From the IMG/VR virus record IMGVR_UViG_3300020043_007930, positions 1 to 24,436 of that record: a DNA stretch of 24,436 bases. One strand, given 5' to 3'. The notes below the pieces were generated by a model. It saw only the letters and a program-made list of their open reading frames with translations, ran no database searches and was not told the DNA's origin. A program made the position numbers and the translations under genes. Positions 23,486 to 24,436 of the stretch are shown one piece after another. Numbering within the stretch: the stretch's first letter is position 1; the number at the start of each line of letters is the position of its first letter. Origin of the DNA: a virus (lineage: Duplodnaviria > Caudoviricetes).

Positions 23486-23769
23486 TTCGGTTCCCCCCAT
23501 ACCCGCATTACTTGGTTGAGTTCGGGCGCGTAGTCGTGGACAAGATGTATCATCGAAAACGGGGCGCGGAATTCCCATTCGTCGCCGACGTTGCCGACTT
23601 CGCGCACGATCGCGGATTTGTTGACGCTGTCCGCGTTTTGGACTTCGCAAAGGAAGTAAACTGGCTCGTTGGGGGCTTTACCGAATAGGGGATTTTCAAC
23701 CCACGCGCGGAGTTCGGTTTTGATCGTTCGATACATTTTATATTGACCGACTTGGACAAGCTGTAACAT
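23482..23769 (-). CDS. Hypothetical protein (95 aa)
   Basis: SD AAGGAG before ATG 23769 (MLQLVQVG); the longer called ORF is a shadow extension. Confidence 0.72.
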   Translation of the reverse strand: MLQLVQVGQYKMYRTIKTELRAWVENPLFGKAPNEPVYFLCEVQNADSVNKSAIVREVGNVGDEWEFRAPFSMIHLVHDYAPELNQVMRVWGEPK

Positions 23770-23816
23770 AGTAGACTCCTTTTGATTTGACCGGCGGAAC
23801 GCCCGCCGGATATGGA

Positions 23817-24347
23817 CTAGAAAAGCGACAACTGAGCGGGCGACCACTGCCAGCAAGAAAAGCCAGCGAAAGAGGACGCGACCCACTGACCAGCACACCC
23901 AACGGGGGCGGCGGGGATGGATGAGGAAAAAGCAAAAACGGGGATAGAGGCTTTGAGGGCTTCGCGGGCAACTGCCAGCGAACCACCGCCCGGATTGAAA
24001 AAGATGGCGGCGGCGCAACCCTGAAACGCGGCGATAGAGCGCAAGAGATAACGCGCGGGCATGGGGGCAGACTGACCACCGGCGGAATAAGTGACACGCG
24101 CGCGAAGATTGACTGGGATTTGCTGGATGTGCTTTGGGGCTTGCGAGAATGACGGAGCCACAACGAACGCATGAAGCAAAGCAGGGGCGGAGAGACTGAC
24201 GCAAGATATAACGGCTTGATCTGCGCCGAACTGACAACCAACATGCACGGAATGACCAGCAGAGACCACAGCGCCGACGACCTGCGCGATTTGTGAAGGG
24301 TTTATATTTTGGGGATGGCGGGAGCCGCCGAAGTAAATGTGTGACAT
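23817..24347 (-). CDS. SLOG/DprA(Smf)-like Rossmann-fold protein with C-terminal QLSLF
   Basis: 'YFGGSR', 'VGCQFGAD', 'RYLLRS', 'GGSL..AREA....IPVFAF' SLOG pattern. Confidence 0.78.
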   Translation of the reverse strand: MSHIYFGGSRHPQNINPSQIAQVVGAVVSAGHSVHVGCQFGADQAVISCVSLSAPALLHAFVVAPSFSQAPKHIQQIPVNLRARVTYSAGGQSAPMPARYLLRSIAAFQGCAAAIFFNPGGGSLAVAREALKASIPVFAFSSSIPAAPVGCAGQWVASSFAGFSCWQWSPAQLSLF

Positions 24348-24353
24348 ATAAAT

Positions 24354-24381
24354 ATTTTACTACAATGTAGTAAAAAAGCAA
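24354..24381 (-). promoter_or_regulatory. Leaderless promoter with perfect operator palindrome
   Basis: TTGCTT-16-TAAAAT, with ATG 6 nt downstream; TTTTACTACA-A-TGTAGTAAAA at 24355-24375. Confidence 0.7.
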
Positions 24382-24436
24382 GTAAAATAGATAAGAAAAA
24401 GATAAGAAAACCCCACACGAACGACCATGCGAAAAC

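Larger units (their letters stand above)
1..24436. mobile_element. Temperate tailed phage (probably near-complete genome, excised/circular form)
   Basis: Terminase, portal, capsid, tail protein and integrase+att are all present, and no host housekeeping genes are recognisable. Phage-like content lies on both sides of the att core. Confidence 0.88.

Noticed and set aside
23770-24381. N-terminal 200 aa of the 299-aa ORF 23482-24381
   Set aside because: It is an out-of-frame overlap with the SLOG gene; the real start is ATG 23769 with SD AAGGAG

Overview
The window looks like a complete or near-complete small temperate tailed-phage genome, probably in circular/excised form. The host is plausibly a Chloroflexota bacterium; this is inferred only from the lipobox and attC style. 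It carries a tyrosine integrase beside a 3' fragment of tRNA-Gly(CCC) (att core), a + strand early operon, and a - strand morphogenesis block (TerS, TerL, portal, protease-scaffold-capsid fusion, adaptor, holin-like proteins, a 1280-aa beta-propeller tail protein). It also has an orphan N6-adenine methyltransferase and a - strand operon resembling plasmid leading/anti-defence regions (SLOG/DprA-like, ArdC-N-like, DUF3560). The most striking element is an array of four integron-type gene cassettes (19.6-20.95 kb) with attC sites and an attI-like site but no integron integrase. Other non-coding signals are a ~600-bp giant inverted repeat (17-611), about 15 copies of an 18-bp palindrome clustered around the methyltransferase, an oriC-like DnaA-box/DnaA-trio cluster, a candidate -1 ribosomal frameshift, and two promoter-terminator-defined small RNAs. 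All calls are by eye from the sequence and ORF track; no database search was run.
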